Shown: positions 1 through 12,916 of the stretch, piece after piece
Layout: every line of letters begins with the position of its first letter
Numbering within the stretch: position 1 is the stretch's first letter
Assembly (NCBI RefSeq): GCF_016433145.1
Contig: NC_058132.1
Coordinates: 438,041,873 to 438,105,872, forward strand
DNA length: 64,000 bases
Direction of reading: 5' to 3'
Origin: Gracilinanus agilis
Lineage: Eukaryota
Notes under the pieces: model-generated
Told to the model about the DNA's origin: nothing
What the model saw: the letters and a program-made list of their open reading frames with translations, nothing else
The model's database searches: none
Program-made: the position numbers and the translations under genes

Positions 1-256
1 CCTGCTATTTACCCCCTCTTTCCCATCCCCCACACCATCTTAGATTATTTAGTGTTCCACCCTCACCCTGTGAATTATTCTTCTGATTACTATAATAGTG
101 AATATTATAATAGTGAATAGAGTTCACTACAGAGAATTATACATAACATTTCTCTACATAGGAATACAGATAATGAGATCTCACTGAGGCCCTTAAAAAG
201 GCAAATTTAAAAATAATAAATTTTCTTTCTTTTCCCTCTGTATCTTATTTACCTTT

Positions 257-1210
257 TCAGGTTTCTCTCGATTTTTGTGGTTCGATATCAAACTTTCCAT
301 TTAGCCCTGGTCTTTTCTGTGCAAATACCTGGAATTCTTCAATTTTGTTGAATGCCCATACTTTCCCCTGGAAATATATAGTCAATTTTGATGGGTAGTT
401 GATCCGTGGTTGCAGGNNNNNNNNNNNNNNNNNNNNNNNNNNNNNNNNNNNNNNNNNNNNNNNNNNNNNNNNNNNNNNNNNNNNNNNNNNNNNNNNNNNN
501 NNNNNNNNNNNNNNNTCTATATTGCCCTCTTGTTGTAGGACTTCAGGGCAATTTTGCTGAATTATTTCTGTTAGTATGCAGTCCAGGTTTCTATTAATTT
601 CTGGTTTTTCTGGAAGACCAATTATTCTCAAATTGTCTCTTCTAGACCGGTTTTCTTGGTCTGTCACTCTCTCATTGAGATATTTCATGTTTCCTTCTAT
701 TTTTTCATTCTTTTGACTTTGTTTTATTTGTTCTTGTTGTCTTGAGAGATCATTAGCTTCTACTTGCTCAATTCTAGCCTTTAGGGATTGATTTTCGGCT
801 ATAATCTTTCGGTTTTCAGCTATGATCTTTTGATTTTCGGCTGTAATCTTCTGGTTTTCAGCTGTAATCTTCTGGTTTTCGGCCATAATCTTCTGGTTTT
901 CGGCCATAATCTTCTGGTATTCCTTTTCAATCTGGTCATTTCTGGTGTTCAATTGCAAGATTCTACCTTTTAAACAGTTATTTTCTTGCCAGATCTCTTC
1001 CATTTTCCTCAAAATCTCAGTTTTGAACTCTTCCATAGCTTGTGAGGAGTTTTCCTTATTTGAGGAGGGTCCGGATGCTTGTTTGTTCTCCTCCTCTGTT
1101 TGCTCGGTTGTCTGGATTTTCTCTGTGTAAAAGTTGTCGGGTGTTAAAGGCTTCTTTTTCTTGTTGTTATTCTTTCTCTTCTGAGCTTCCTGAGACTGGG
1201 TAGCCATCAT
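257..1210 (-). CDS. L1 ORF1p (coiled coil, RRM, CTD), interrupted by an assembly gap
   Basis: Motifs ENRSRRDNLRIIGLPE and LQPRINYPSKLTIYFQG..WAF are typical of L1 ORF1p; codons across 417-515 are N. Confidence 0.9.
   Translation of the reverse strand: MMATQSQEAQKRKNNNKKKKPLTPDNFYTEKIQTTEQTEEENKQASGPSSNKENSSQAMEEFKTEILRKMEEIWQENNCLKGRILQLNTRNDQIEKEYQKIMAENQKIMAENQKITAENQKITAENQKIIAENRKIIAENQSLKARIEQVEANDLSRQQEQIKQSQKNEKIEGNMKYLNERVTDQENRSRRDNLRIIGLPEKPEINRNLDCILTEIIQQNCPEVLQQEGNIXXXXXXXXXXXXXXXXXXXXXXXXXXXXXXXXXXLQPRINYPSKLTIYFQGKVWAFNKIEEFQVFAQKRPGLNGKFDIEPQKSRET
417..515. other. Assembly gap (99 N)
   Basis: Run of N. Confidence 0.99.
791..916 (-). repeat. 6 x 21-bp tandem repeat encoding (Q/R)KI(M/T/I)AEN heptads in the ORF1p coiled coil
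   Basis: Reads QKIMAEN QKIMAEN QKITAEN QKITAEN QKIIAEN RKIIAEN; DNA unit approximately CAGAAGATTATGGCCGAAAAC. Confidence 0.95.
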
Positions 1211-1873
1211 TAGCCCAGCAGCTTCTCAGGTTTATCCTCGCGCTCAGTGTCTGTCCGCGGTCTATTGGCTCCTGAGGTCTGAGTTCTGGTTTTTTCCAAG
1301 GTAAGCCCCCTGGTGGACCCCCTTGCTTGATCCTCTGCAGGAGGTTCCTTTACAAGTCTCAGGGCACTGCTTCCACAGTCGTATACTGGTCTGCACTGGT
1401 TCCCCACTCAGGTTTTCAGAGCTTTAGTTCCTGGCTGTGTCTGCCTCCACCCACGCCTCCGCCAGTGCCTGTGCTCTCAGCCCGTGCTCTGTGCCCTGCG
1501 TCCACTCTCTGCTCCAGCGCTCAGATTTTGCGTGCGTTCTTTGGCTTATTGGGGTCCTAAATCTTGCTGCTCTCAGGAACAGGCCCCGGAGCTGCCAATG
1601 ACTTGATGGGTGCCCCAAACTTGCTCTATTTCTTTTTAGCTGGCTTCGGCGCTATAGATGTGTGTGGAGGGGGTGTGGGTGGGATGGTTGCTCAGCCCGA
1701 GATTTAGTGAGAGCTGTTTCACCCCTTTATAGCATGGAAATGCCTCGATTCCACATACCTTCCACACTGTGCTCTATTGTGGGGTTCCTCCATTCGTCTG
1801 GACTTGTTTTTATGTCCCCTTGAGGAGTTTTGTGTGTTTCGGTCAGGAGAGGTTAAGAGCTGCTTCTTACTCT

Positions 1874-1884
1874 GCCGCCATCTT
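1874..1884 (-). promoter_or_regulatory. YY1-type motif (AAGATGGCGGC) at the L1 5' end
   Basis: + strand gccgccatctt, within ~20 bp of the L1 terminus. Confidence 0.75.
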
Positions 1885-2435
1885 AACCGGGAATCTGTTG
1901 TTTTTTTAAAGGAATGGAAATTTAGGATTTTCAATCTGGTAAATTCTACATGAGAGATCCTGTATTTAGAGAGTTCATAGTTCCTAATGAGGGATTTCTA
2001 CCCTAAAATGCCCATAACAAGGGTGTTTTATTTTAATTTGTTTTTGATAAAATATGTAATGATATTGTTGTTTATAAAAAGTTACTTATATGTCCTTCTT
2101 AAAACATAAAAAACATATTCTTGAAAGACAATAAATGAGTCAATATTCTATATGGCATATATGCCTGAAAGCCAAAAGACGTGTTCAGATCATGTCAGCT
2201 GCGTGACCTTGGGTATGTCACTTAACTTCTCAATGTTCTGGAAAACTCTCTGAGGTAACATACTGCTGACTCAGTGACATCTATACTTGTAGAGGGAAGT
2301 ATCCTTACCTAGAAGTTCTCTGTACAAATCAAAACATAAATCCAAATCTTAACTGTATCTACTTAAAAACAATACTGGTGAATTGTTAGCAAATTACAGT
2401 AATTACCTTTCTGCATTGTTTATTTTGATATACAT

Positions 2436-2703
2436 TGTTCTTTTTCAGTTCAATAATTTTTCAGTCATGTCCAACTCTTCACAACCTCTTTTGGAGTTCT
2501 AAGTGGCAAAGATACTGCAATAGGTTTCCATTTCCTTACTCAAGCCATTTTAGAGATGAGAAAACTAAGGCAAACAGGATTAAGTGACTTTTCCATGGTT
2601 ACATAGCTAGTAAGTATCTAAAGCTAGATTTGAACTCAAAAAGATGAGTCTTACTGACTCTAGTCCTAGCACTCTATAGATATAGAGTGACATCAACCTG
2701 CCC
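2436..2703 (-). mobile_element. MAR1-like marsupial SINE (MIR core with RTE-like tail)
   Basis: cagtcatgtccaactcttc...ggcaaagatactg...gagaaaactaaggcaaacaggattaagtgac...gatttgaactc. Confidence 0.8.
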
Positions 2704-4274
2704 TTTTACCTTCAATTTAATGCAGTCCTTTCATCATGAATCATAGGAATAAGTAAAAAAAATTCTATATAATTTAAGCAGGTGGCTAAGTTCAGTACAT
2801 CTAAATAATAAATTTGGGAAATGTCTAATTCATTTTACTGCTTTACTTAAGTGCCTTGGAAATAATATGACTTTTTACTTGTATGATTTCATATTTTTAG
2901 TAGAACAGATTGTATGAGTCAGTTTTTATTTAATTCTCAGCAGGAATATTGTATCAGCACTAACAGAAGGAATCATGTAGAAAACATAGGGAATAAAACA
3001 ATTAAGTGTAACTGCAAGTTCTTTCTCAACCAATTACATAGATGATAATTACATAAACTAAGTCAAAATTTTTTAAAGAGTAAAATGAAGGGAGGTTTGG
3101 AAAAGGTTTATTTTAATGAAACCATTTGGAAAATTTTACATGGTGTACCTTAGAAAAACAGTAACCAAAAAAAGTATTATTTGAAAACTGGCATAGAATT
3201 GATACATAGAATAATCTAGATTATCATATCATTAATTATTTCCTTAGGTGATAATGAATTTAAATTATGAATCATTTAAATACTTATATCCCAATGTAAA
3301 AGAAAAGAAGTTTTAAATTAATAAATACTTGTTATGAAATTCAAATGTGAGCAATAAAAACATATCCATGAGCACAAAAGCGCAGTGCCATAATTTGCAT
3401 GTTTAAATGAGATCAATTAGGTTAATGACGGATGAAAATAAGAAATCCATTATTTAAATGCAAAATAACTTTTAAAACTTGTGGGTTCGTTTGCTTCCAA
3501 AGTTTTATCTATCAAAGCAGCTAGCTGGTTCAAATGGTTAATATATAGTCATAACCTTTATCATGCAGAGACATTTCAAATTGGATCTGCATGCAAAATA
3601 TAATTGATTATAATTTATTTTTTGCTAGCATCCATCAGTCAAAATTAACATAGAGTATTCCTACACGAATTTCTCTGTGTTTTTGTTTTCTTTATTTTCT
3701 TCCTCTTGCAACAAAATTGCTACTTATCTTAAAGTGGCCTGTGATTGAAAAAAAATGACACCAGATATTTCTTGGGACTTTCTAATGTGCATTTTACAAA
3801 TTGGCAACTTGAACACTGTAGATTATTTGACCACTGCTTCTCTCTTACTGCTATGGGCAAGAGAAGAAGTCACAAATTTGGTGAAATACAATGTTCTCCA
3901 AAATATTTTCCATTTAGGTCTATTTAATCCAAGAAAACATTTTTTTCAAGTCTGATTAGAGTGGAATGGGTCCTAAGAAAGATTTCTTACATTCTTACAT
4001 TTCTTACATTTCCACAGTAGTCATAATTAATCCTTCAAGATAAGGATTGGACCTGTGCTTTCATAAGTGAAGGGAATTCCTCAGGAACAAAATCTTCATC
4101 AGCGAGGGTCACCCTCTTCTCTGCAACTTAGAGTGCTAGAGAATTGCTTAGAGCTGGTTAAGTGATGATCAAGTTAGGACATGAACCCGTGTATTCTAAG
4201 TCAGCTCTATCCACTAAGCCACATAGCTCCTCTAACAGAATATCAAATTTAAAACACTTGGAATCTGGTCAGAT

Positions 4275-4456
4275 ATCAAAAGGTTTTACCTGCTGTCTTG
4301 ACTTTTGTCTTGCCACTGGACTTCAATGAGTCTGGAAGAGTGAGATTGAACACTCTATGCAACTCTGCCTCTCTTCAATACAATTCATGAACAAGTCAGT
4401 CCATTACCCCTTGAAGTCATTGGTTCTCTTTGAAAATGAAAGGTGAAGTACAACTT
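4275..4456. mobile_element. Fragment of an RTE-related marsupial repeat (WALLSI4-like)
   Basis: gtcttgacttttgtcttgccactggacttcaatgagtctggaagag...; homologous to part of 38238-38745. Confidence 0.6.
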
Positions 4457-5574
4457 TAAAAATAAAGGCAATAGGTGGTGTAGTGAAGGTGATGAACAAT
4501 TGAGGAAATTGGGATGTGCTTCTCAGAGGTTATACTTGAATTAAGCTTTTAAAGTGTATGAAGGGTTCCAAGAGGTAGAAGGGATGAGGGAAAAGAGTAT
4601 TATAAGCTTGGGGACTGACCATGGAAAAAACACAAGGAAATTACATTCAAGGAACAGCCAAATATGCCAGTTTGGCTAGCTCATGGAATCAACAAGCATT
4701 TAAGCAAAGGTGGCTATCTCCTAGGCATTCTGCTAAGAGCTATTCTAGTAAGAGAATACAGAATGGAAAAAGGATCTGAAAAGTAAGTGAGAGGGAGTTG
4801 GTGCATACATTGTGACACAGTGGAGAGAGCAGTGAACTTGGAGTGCTGAGTTTTGAAGCCCCAGGACCAGAATGTGGATCCTGACTCTACAGTTTCTTGC
4901 TTAATTTTTTCTAGACCTCATTTTATTTACCTGTAAAATAAAAGAGTTTAAACATATGACATCTAAGGTACCTTTTTACTCTAGATATATGATTCTATAA
5001 TCTTTAAGATTTCTGGCAGCCCGTCAGAAATCCAGGACAGTAGCAAAGAATAACAATTAAAAAATACTGGTCAAATATATTATTGTATAGCAGAAAGAAC
5101 ATTTCGTTCTGATGCAGAAGTATGTGGATTCAAATCTCAGCTCAGCTGCAAGTACCCTGGATGACCTTCAGAAATCCCACCAAACCCTGTTTCCTCATTT
5201 GTAAAAAGAGTAATTTAGATTACATGATCTCTCAAGTCCAGGCCAGAAAAAAGAAAATAAAGTCAGGTTTAAGTTAAAATTTCATAAAATTAAATAAGCA
5301 TTTCCATTGGCTAATAATGTACTTCTTTTTTGAAAAAACAAAACAAAACAAAACAATGTATTTACTTGTTAGATTAATAATGTACTTCAGAAGAATATCT
5401 TACCTCTTGGCCTTAAATAGCTATGAATCATGTCTATGATATTGGCCCTTCAGATTCTTAAGGTATAATTTAGAGTAAAGTATTCATTAATTTATTCAAC
5501 AAAAATTCACTGGACAAGGACTGTATACAAAGTGTTATGTTGACTTTTTTTTTTCATAACAACCTTATGAGATA

Positions 5575-5829
5575 GGTGGTTGTTGTTTAGCCATTTTCAA
5601 TTATGTCCATTTTTGTGAACCCATTTGGGGTTTTCTTAGCAAAGATACTGGAGTGGTTTGGCATTTCCTTTTCCTGCTCATTTTACGGATGCAGAAAATG
5701 AGGCAAACAGGTAAGGGACTGGCCAGGGTCAGCCAGCTAGTAAGTGTGTCTAAGTCCAGATTTGAACTCACAAAGATGAGAGTTCCTGATCCCAAGCTCA
5801 GTATTCTATTTATTATGCCACCTAGCTGC
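5575..5829 (-). mobile_element. MAR1-like SINE
   Basis: cccatttggggttttcttagcaaagatactggagtggtttg...gaggcaaacagg...atttgaactc...gccacctagctgc. Confidence 0.85.
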
Positions 5830-8712
5830 TTCTGTGGTGAGCTTTTTAGAGAATTTTTTTAAAGATGTATATCTGTACATGTGTCGTGTGTGTGTGTATA
5901 TACATATATGTTTGTATATATGTGTAAATACACATATATTTATTTATAATCTATTGATATTCTGGAAGCTATAAACACTTAAAAGTACAGGGGCTATATA
6001 TATGTATGTATGTGAGCGTCCCTTAGAGCTATTAGGTATTTAATAATTAGAACTTTTAGTATATATTTTTTGACTATGGCTTAAATCTAAGGGAAAGAAA
6101 GCTTGATTTTAAAAATGTTAAATACTGTTATAGTGTAAAAGATTATAAATGGCATAATATTTGGCATTATATTTGGCATAATATTTGGCATTTTCTATCA
6201 GAAAAATATAGGGAAATTCTAGTCAAATTTTTCTCTCTAGATATAGGCAAATTATTTATCACATAATTAATATATCTATTGAAATATTAACTGCAGAAAG
6301 AATTACAACTGCATCATTTCATTTCTGATATTTCTGTGGAAATAGAGAAATGAATACTATGAAAACATAAAATTCATTTTGCATTTATGAAATCAATTTA
6401 ATATAATGTCAACAGATTATAAAAAGTAGTTGTTGCCCTGATGTCTGCATAGATGAAAATAGATCCAATATTTTTGTAGAGTTGGAAAAATAGTTTAAAT
6501 TTATTTCATAGTTTAAGAAACTCAAAATAGAACAAAATCACGAAACTTAAAGGTAATATAAATATCAGCTTGTCATATAATTGCTAGGAAATAAAAATTG
6601 GTGGAGAAAATGAGACAAAAATTCATTTGATAAATGGAACATCAACATTTAGGGGAAATATACAATGAACTACCTATATTAAACAGCCAAATTAATGACT
6701 TAAAAGCAGCTTAAATAAATTGCATGCTGTATTGGATTTTGTAACAGTGGGAAACTTATAATAATCCTGGTCCAAAATGTGTTTAGTTATTATTTTTAGT
6801 AATGTCTTTTAATTCCACAGAAAATAAATAGTTCCTTTTTATTTTCTCCCTCCAATATTCTTTGAGAATATATTTTATCTCTCTCCTTCTTTGAATCCCC
6901 TCTGCTCCCTCTTTCCCTCCTTTTCTTTCATATAAGAAGTTAGAAAATGAAAATCTTTACTGTTTCGTAGTTGCATACAAGACATTATATCCAAATGGAC
7001 CCATTCATTATATAATGAGTTTTCCGTTTCCATGTTGTACTTAACTTAAGGGAAGATTAAAAATAGCAACTAAAATTACTCATATGTGAAAGCACAAAGT
7101 AGATTTTTAAATAGTATTTTTCTATAATAGTTCATCTGTTTTTCATTGAGTAGCCATCACATATCTACCTCAGAATACTTCTAATAAACTTTCAAATATA
7201 CCCTCGGGGGGAAAAAACCAAGGTTTTAGAAACATGATGGATAATTATTTTTCTTTTTTATTTCCTTTGGAAGGTAGAGCAAAGATTTTTAATAGGTCTT
7301 CATAAATGTAAAAAAATATTCCCTCTAAAGTTGAAAACTGAAAAGTACTTTTCTTTGTGTCTTAGTAATAAGTTACTCCATTGAAGCTATCAAAATAAGA
7401 GTTCTGAAATGACCTCTCTGCTCTCCTAGAAATATGAATAATTTCTGTAATTATCTTAAATTTTGAGCCTTGCATTTTATATTGACTTATCTGATCTTTA
7501 AAATAGAAGACCACACACATTACAAATCAATATAATTGCATTTTATCTAGGGTATTTTTTCCTCTTGGAATTTCAAAATGAATAAAGAATTGGAGAACAA
7601 AATAATGAATAAGAAGGAATGTCAGTAAAATTATATTTCTATGAGATTTGAAAATAGAGAATGAAAATATAGTTTCTGAAATACTGAAAATCATAAAATA
7701 TAAGAATTGAATATTTAAAATATCTATATAGAGAATAAATTATTGGAGGATTTTGAGCTAAAATGATACAAAGAGATTAAATATGGAATTATTTATAAGG
7801 ATGCCAATATTAACATCATATAATGAGGAAAGGAAGAATGTGATATTTGGTCAAATAATTATGAAAAAATTAGAAGTAAACGAGAGAACACACACATATG
7901 CATATATAGATGTGAATCAAGTCAGTATGAAATAGAAGAATGAATGAGATATATTTTCATTGTCAAAAAATGTACTTATTAAGTTTGGGCTTTGGTGAGG
8001 AAAAAGTTGAGCTGAAACAAAATAGAAGCTTGAATTACATGTCTAAAATATAATGAATAAAAGGAGAAAGTTGAAATGAAAAAAAAAACAAAATAAATTG
8101 ACATTACTTTTAAAATACTAATATTGCCTAATACCATATACAAGAACCTATAATAAAATGATTAACATATTTGGCCTAGTTTTAAAGTTCATATATTTTA
8201 ACATCAACCTACTGTGGAATCATTCTTCATTACTTTCAAAACAAAAATAGAAAATCCAATGAGTCTCAACAAATTAGTTACCCATAAAAGTTCAGAATAT
8301 TTATCTTGTCTTTATGTTTCCTAAATAGGAAATTAATTAAAAGTTATATGTGTGTGTGTAAAGAACTTGTAAATAGACCACTAGACCACTATCAAGATTC
8401 AGGGAGGAAGCACCTCCTCATCACTTTTATCCTGAATTCTGTAGGAAATTTGGAAAGAGACATGGATAGAATGTTGGCCTCAAGGTCATGAGTATATGTT
8501 CAAATCATGACTTTTGTATCATATATTCCTTGACAAATTAGTTAATTCTCCATGGCCACAGGGAACTTTTTATAAGACTAACAATTATGGATGAGTTGTT
8601 AATCTGTATTAGTTGTAATATCATGAAGTCATTGGTACAGACTTATCTAAACATGTAAGGCCTTAGAGGTCAACTAGTTAAATCCTTTTCTTAACAAAGA
8701 AACTGAGAGCAC

Positions 8713-11700
8713 AGGAGAAACTGACAGAGCTCAAAAAGGAAATAGATAGTAAAACCATAATAGTGGGAGATCTAAATATTCCTCTTTCAGATCTAGATAA
8801 ATCAAACCAAAAAATAAATAAAAAAGAGGTAAGAGAGGTGAATGAAGTCCTAGAAAAATTAGATTTAATTGATATGTGGAGAAAAATAAATAGGGACAAA
8901 AAGGAATACACCTTCTTTTCAGCTGCACATGGCACATTCACAAAGATTGACCATGTAATAGGGCATAGAAACATTGCAAACAAATGCAAAAGAGAAGAAA
9001 AAATAAATGTAACCTTCTCAGATCATAATGCAATAAAAATAATAATTAGTAAGGGCACCTGGACAGGCAAATCAAAAACTAATTGGAAATTAAAAAATAT
9101 GATTCTCCAAAACCAATTAGTCAAAGAAGAAATCATAGAAACAATCGACAATTTTATTGAAGAGAATGACAATGATGAGACATCCTACCAAACTCTGTGG
9201 GATGCAGCCAAGGCAGTACTCAGGGGGAAATTTATATCCTTAAATGCATGTATTAACAAATTAGGGAGGGCAGAGATTAATGAGTTGGGCATGCAACTCA
9301 AAAAACTAGAAAGTGAGCAAATTAAAAACCCTCAGATGAAAACTAAATTAGAAATACTAAAAATCAAGGGAGAAATTAATAAAATCAAAAGTAAAAGAAC
9401 TATTGAATTAATAAATAAGACTAGAAGCTGGTATTTTGAAAAAACAGATAAAATAGACAAAGTACTGGTCAATCTAATAAAAAAAAGGAAAGAAGAAAAC
9501 CAAATTGACAGTATCAAAAATGAAAAGGGAGACCTCACCTCTAATGAAGAGGAAATTAAGGCAATCATTAAAAACTATTTTGCCCAATTATATGGCAATA
9601 AATATAACAATTTAGGAGATATGGATGAATATTTACAAAAATATAAACTGCCTAGATTAACAGCAGAAGAAATAGAATACCTAAATAATCCCATATCAGA
9701 AAGGGAAATTGAACAAGCCATCAAAGAACTCCCTAAGAAAAAATCACCAGGACCTGATGGATTCACAAGTGGATTCTATCAGACATTCAAAGAGCAACTA
9801 ATCCCAATACTATACAAATTATTTGATATGATAAGCAAAGAAGGAGTCCTACCAAATTCCTTTTATGACACAAATATGGTACTGATTCCAAAGCCAGGGG
9901 GATCAAAAACAGAGAAAGAAAACTACAGACCAATCTCCCTAATGAACATAGAAGCAAAAATCTTAAATAGAACAGTAGCAAAGAGACTCCAGCAAGTAAT
10001 TAAGAAGATCATCCACCATCATCAGGTGGGATTTATACCAGGAATGCAAGGATGGTTCAACATTAGGAAAACCATCCACATAATTGACCATATCAACAGT
10101 TTAACAAACAAAAATCACATGATTATCTCAACAGATGCTGAAAAAGCCTTTGACAAAATACAGCATCCATTCATATTGAAAACACTAGAAAGTATAGGAA
10201 TAGAAGGACCTTTCCTAAAAATAATAAACAGTATATACCTAAAACCATCAATAAGCATCATATGCAATGGAGATAAATTAGAAGCCTTCCCAATAAGATC
10301 AGGAGTGAACCAAGGATGCCCATTATCACCTCTATTATTCAACATAGTACTAGAAACATTAGCAGTAGCAATTAGAGAAGAAAAAGAAATTGAAGGTATC
10401 AAAATAGGCAATGAGGAGACTAAGCTATTACTCTTTGCAGATGATATGATGGTCTACTTAAAAAATCCTAGAGAATCAACTAAGAAGGTTGTAGAAATAA
10501 TCAATAACTTTAGCAAAGTTGCAGGATACAAAATGAATGCACATAAATCATCAGCATTTCTATATATTTCCAACACATTAGAGCAGCAAGAGGTAGAAAG
10601 AGAAACACCATTTAAAATCACGCTAGACAATATAAAATACTTGGGAATCTATCTACCAAAACAAACACAGCAATTATATGAAAACAACTACAAAACACTT
10701 TCCAAACAAATAAAACTGGATCTCAACAATTGGAAAGCCATTGATTGCTCATGGGTAGGACGAGCTAACATAATAAAAATGACCATTCTACCCAAATTAA
10801 TTTACCTATTTAGCGCCATACCTATCAAACTACCAAAAAATTCTTTACTGAATTAGGAAAAACTATAACAAATTTCATTTGGAATAACAAAAGATCAAGA
10901 ATATCAAGGGAAATAATGAAAAAAAATGTGAAGGAAGGGGGCCTAGCAGTACCAGATATTAAACTATACTATAAAGCAGCAGTCATCAAAACAATATGGT
11001 GCTGGCTAAGAGACAGAAGGGAGGATCAGTGGAATAGACTTGGGGTAAATAACATCAGCAAAACAGTGTATGATAAACCCAAAGAGCCCAACTTTGGGGA
11101 CATGAATCCACTATTTGACAAAAACTGCTGGGAAATTTGGAAAACAATATGGGAGAGATTAGGTCTAGATCAACATCTCACACCCTACACCAAGATAAAT
11201 TCAGAATGAGTGAATGACTTGAATATAAAGAGAGAAACTATAAATAAGTTACGTGAACACAGAATAGTATACTTGTCAGATCTCTGGGAAAGGAAAGATT
11301 TTTAAAACCAAGCAAGAGTTAGAGAAAATTACAAAATGTAAATTAAATGGTTTTTATTATATTAAGCTAAAAAGCTTTTGTACAAACAAAAACAATGTAG
11401 TCAAAATAAGAAGGGAAACAACAAATTGGGGAAAAATCTTTATAACAAAAAACTCTGACAGGGGTCTAATTACTCAAATATACAAGGAGTTAAATCAATT
11501 GTATAAAAAAATCAAGCCATTCCCCAATTGATAAATGGGCAAGAGACATGAATAGGCAATTTTCAGGTAAAGAAATCAAAAGTATCAATAAGCACATGAG
11601 AAAGTATTCTAAATCTCTAATAATTAGAGAAATTCAAATCAAAACAACTCTGAGGTATCACCTCACACCTAGCAGCAGATTGACTAAAATGAAAGAAGGG

Positions 11701-12515
11701 AAGAGTAATGAATGCTGATGGGGATGTGGCAAAATTGGGACATTAATGCATTGCTGGTGGAGTTGTGAACTGATCCAACCATTCTGGCTGGCAATTTGGA
11801 ACTATGCTCGAAGGGCTATAAAAAATGCCTGCCCTTTGATCCAGCTATACCATTGTTGGGTTTGTACCCCAAAGAGATCATAAATAAACAGACTTGTATG
11901 AAAATATTTATAGCTGTGCTTTTCGTGGTGGCAAAGGACTGGAAAAGGAGAGAATGTCCTTCAATTGGGAAATGGCTGAACAAATTGTGGCATATGCTGG
12001 TGATGGAATACTATTGTGCTAAAAGGAATAATAACCTAGAGGAATTCCATGAATTCCATGTGAACTGGAAAGACCTCCAGGAACTGATGCAGAGCGAAAG
12101 AAGCAGAGCCAGAAGAACATTGTACACAGAGACTGATATACTATGGTAAAATTGAATGCAATGGACTTCTGTACCAGCAGCAATGCAATGACACAGGACA
12201 GCTCTGAGGGATTTATGGCAAAGAAAACTACCCACATTAAGAGGAAGGACTGCAGGAGAGGAAACATATAAGAAAAACAATTGCTTGAACGCATGGGTTG
12301 AGGTGGACTTTATTGGAGATGTAGACTCAAAACTACTACACCAATGCAACTACCAACAATTTGGAAATAGGTCTTGATCAATGATACATGTTAAAACCAG
12401 TGAAAATGTGCATTGGCCATGGGTGGGGGGATTGCAGGGAGTGAACGGGAAAGTGGGAGCATGAATCATGTAACCATGTTAAAAATGAATATTAATAAAT
12501 GTTAAAAAAAAAAAA
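8713..12515 (+). mobile_element. 5'-truncated LINE-1 (partial ORF2, 3'UTR, polyA), same orientation as CADM2
   Basis: ORF2 homology from mid-endonuclease to C-terminus; AATAAA at 12494-12499; A12 tail at 12504-12515; target-site duplication core actgagagcac at 8702-8712 and 12518-12528. Confidence 0.95.
8763..10856 (+). pseudogene. L1 ORF2p remnant: 697 aa open (EN C-half, Z domain, RT), then frameshift and stops
   Basis: [39 protein letters not shown] and LFADDMM motifs; frameshift near 10850; later frames at 10916-11209 and 11796-12149 continue ORF2. Confidence 0.93.
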
Positions 12516-12916
12516 GTACTGAGAGCACGGGTGCCTGGAAGGATGGTGGATTCCTTGTCCTTAGAAATTTCCAAGAAGAGACTGAATGACTATTTCTTTG
12601 GTAGATTAATTCAAGGATTCCTTTCCGACATTGAATTAGATGGCTCTAAAGATCCTTAAAACTCTCAAATTATGTGATTCTATTTGTAAAAGATATGTGG
12701 TAAAAATTATAAGCTAACCAGTCAATTTCAAATACGATTGAAGTGATCTGAATGCTTGTAATAATATTTATATAAAATTTTTCTTTAAACATTGTGCTGA
12801 ATAAATAAGTTCCCAGAAGTAAAAAAAAATACAACGTAAATTGGAATAGGGAATTGAAGATGAGTCAATATGTTGATTTGTCTAAAAATTCTGGGATTTA
12901 GTAATCTAATCCTTTT

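Larger units (their letters stand above)
1..1895 (-). mobile_element. 5' portion of a LINE-1 (5'UTR, ORF1, inter-ORF spacer); ORF2 lies off the left edge of the window
   Basis: ORF1p-like ORF at 257-1210; CpG-retaining 5'UTR at 1211-1895; 5' terminus reads GATTCCCGGTTAAGATGGCGGC on the minus strand, the usual L1 start with a YY1 core. Confidence 0.93.

Noticed and set aside
257-1210. Apparently intact 317-aa ORF1 implying an active L1
   Set aside because: The frame is bridged by a 99-N gap that seems shorter than the RRM segment expected there, and ORF2 is outside the window, so intactness cannot be judged
1210-1934. Short ORFs in the L1 5'UTR, including an antisense ORF0-like frame at 1327-1560
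   Set aside because: Non-ATG starts or low-complexity products, no recognisable homology; ORF0 is described for primate L1
6150-6192. 12-bp unit TGGCAT(A/T)ATATT x3.5 with NFI-like half sites
   Set aside because: Short slippage repeat with unique flanks and no spacers; not CRISPR-like and no evidence of function
7560-8120. A-rich stretch resembling a very old L1/HAL1 ORF1 remnant
   Set aside because: No motif could be recovered with confidence by hand
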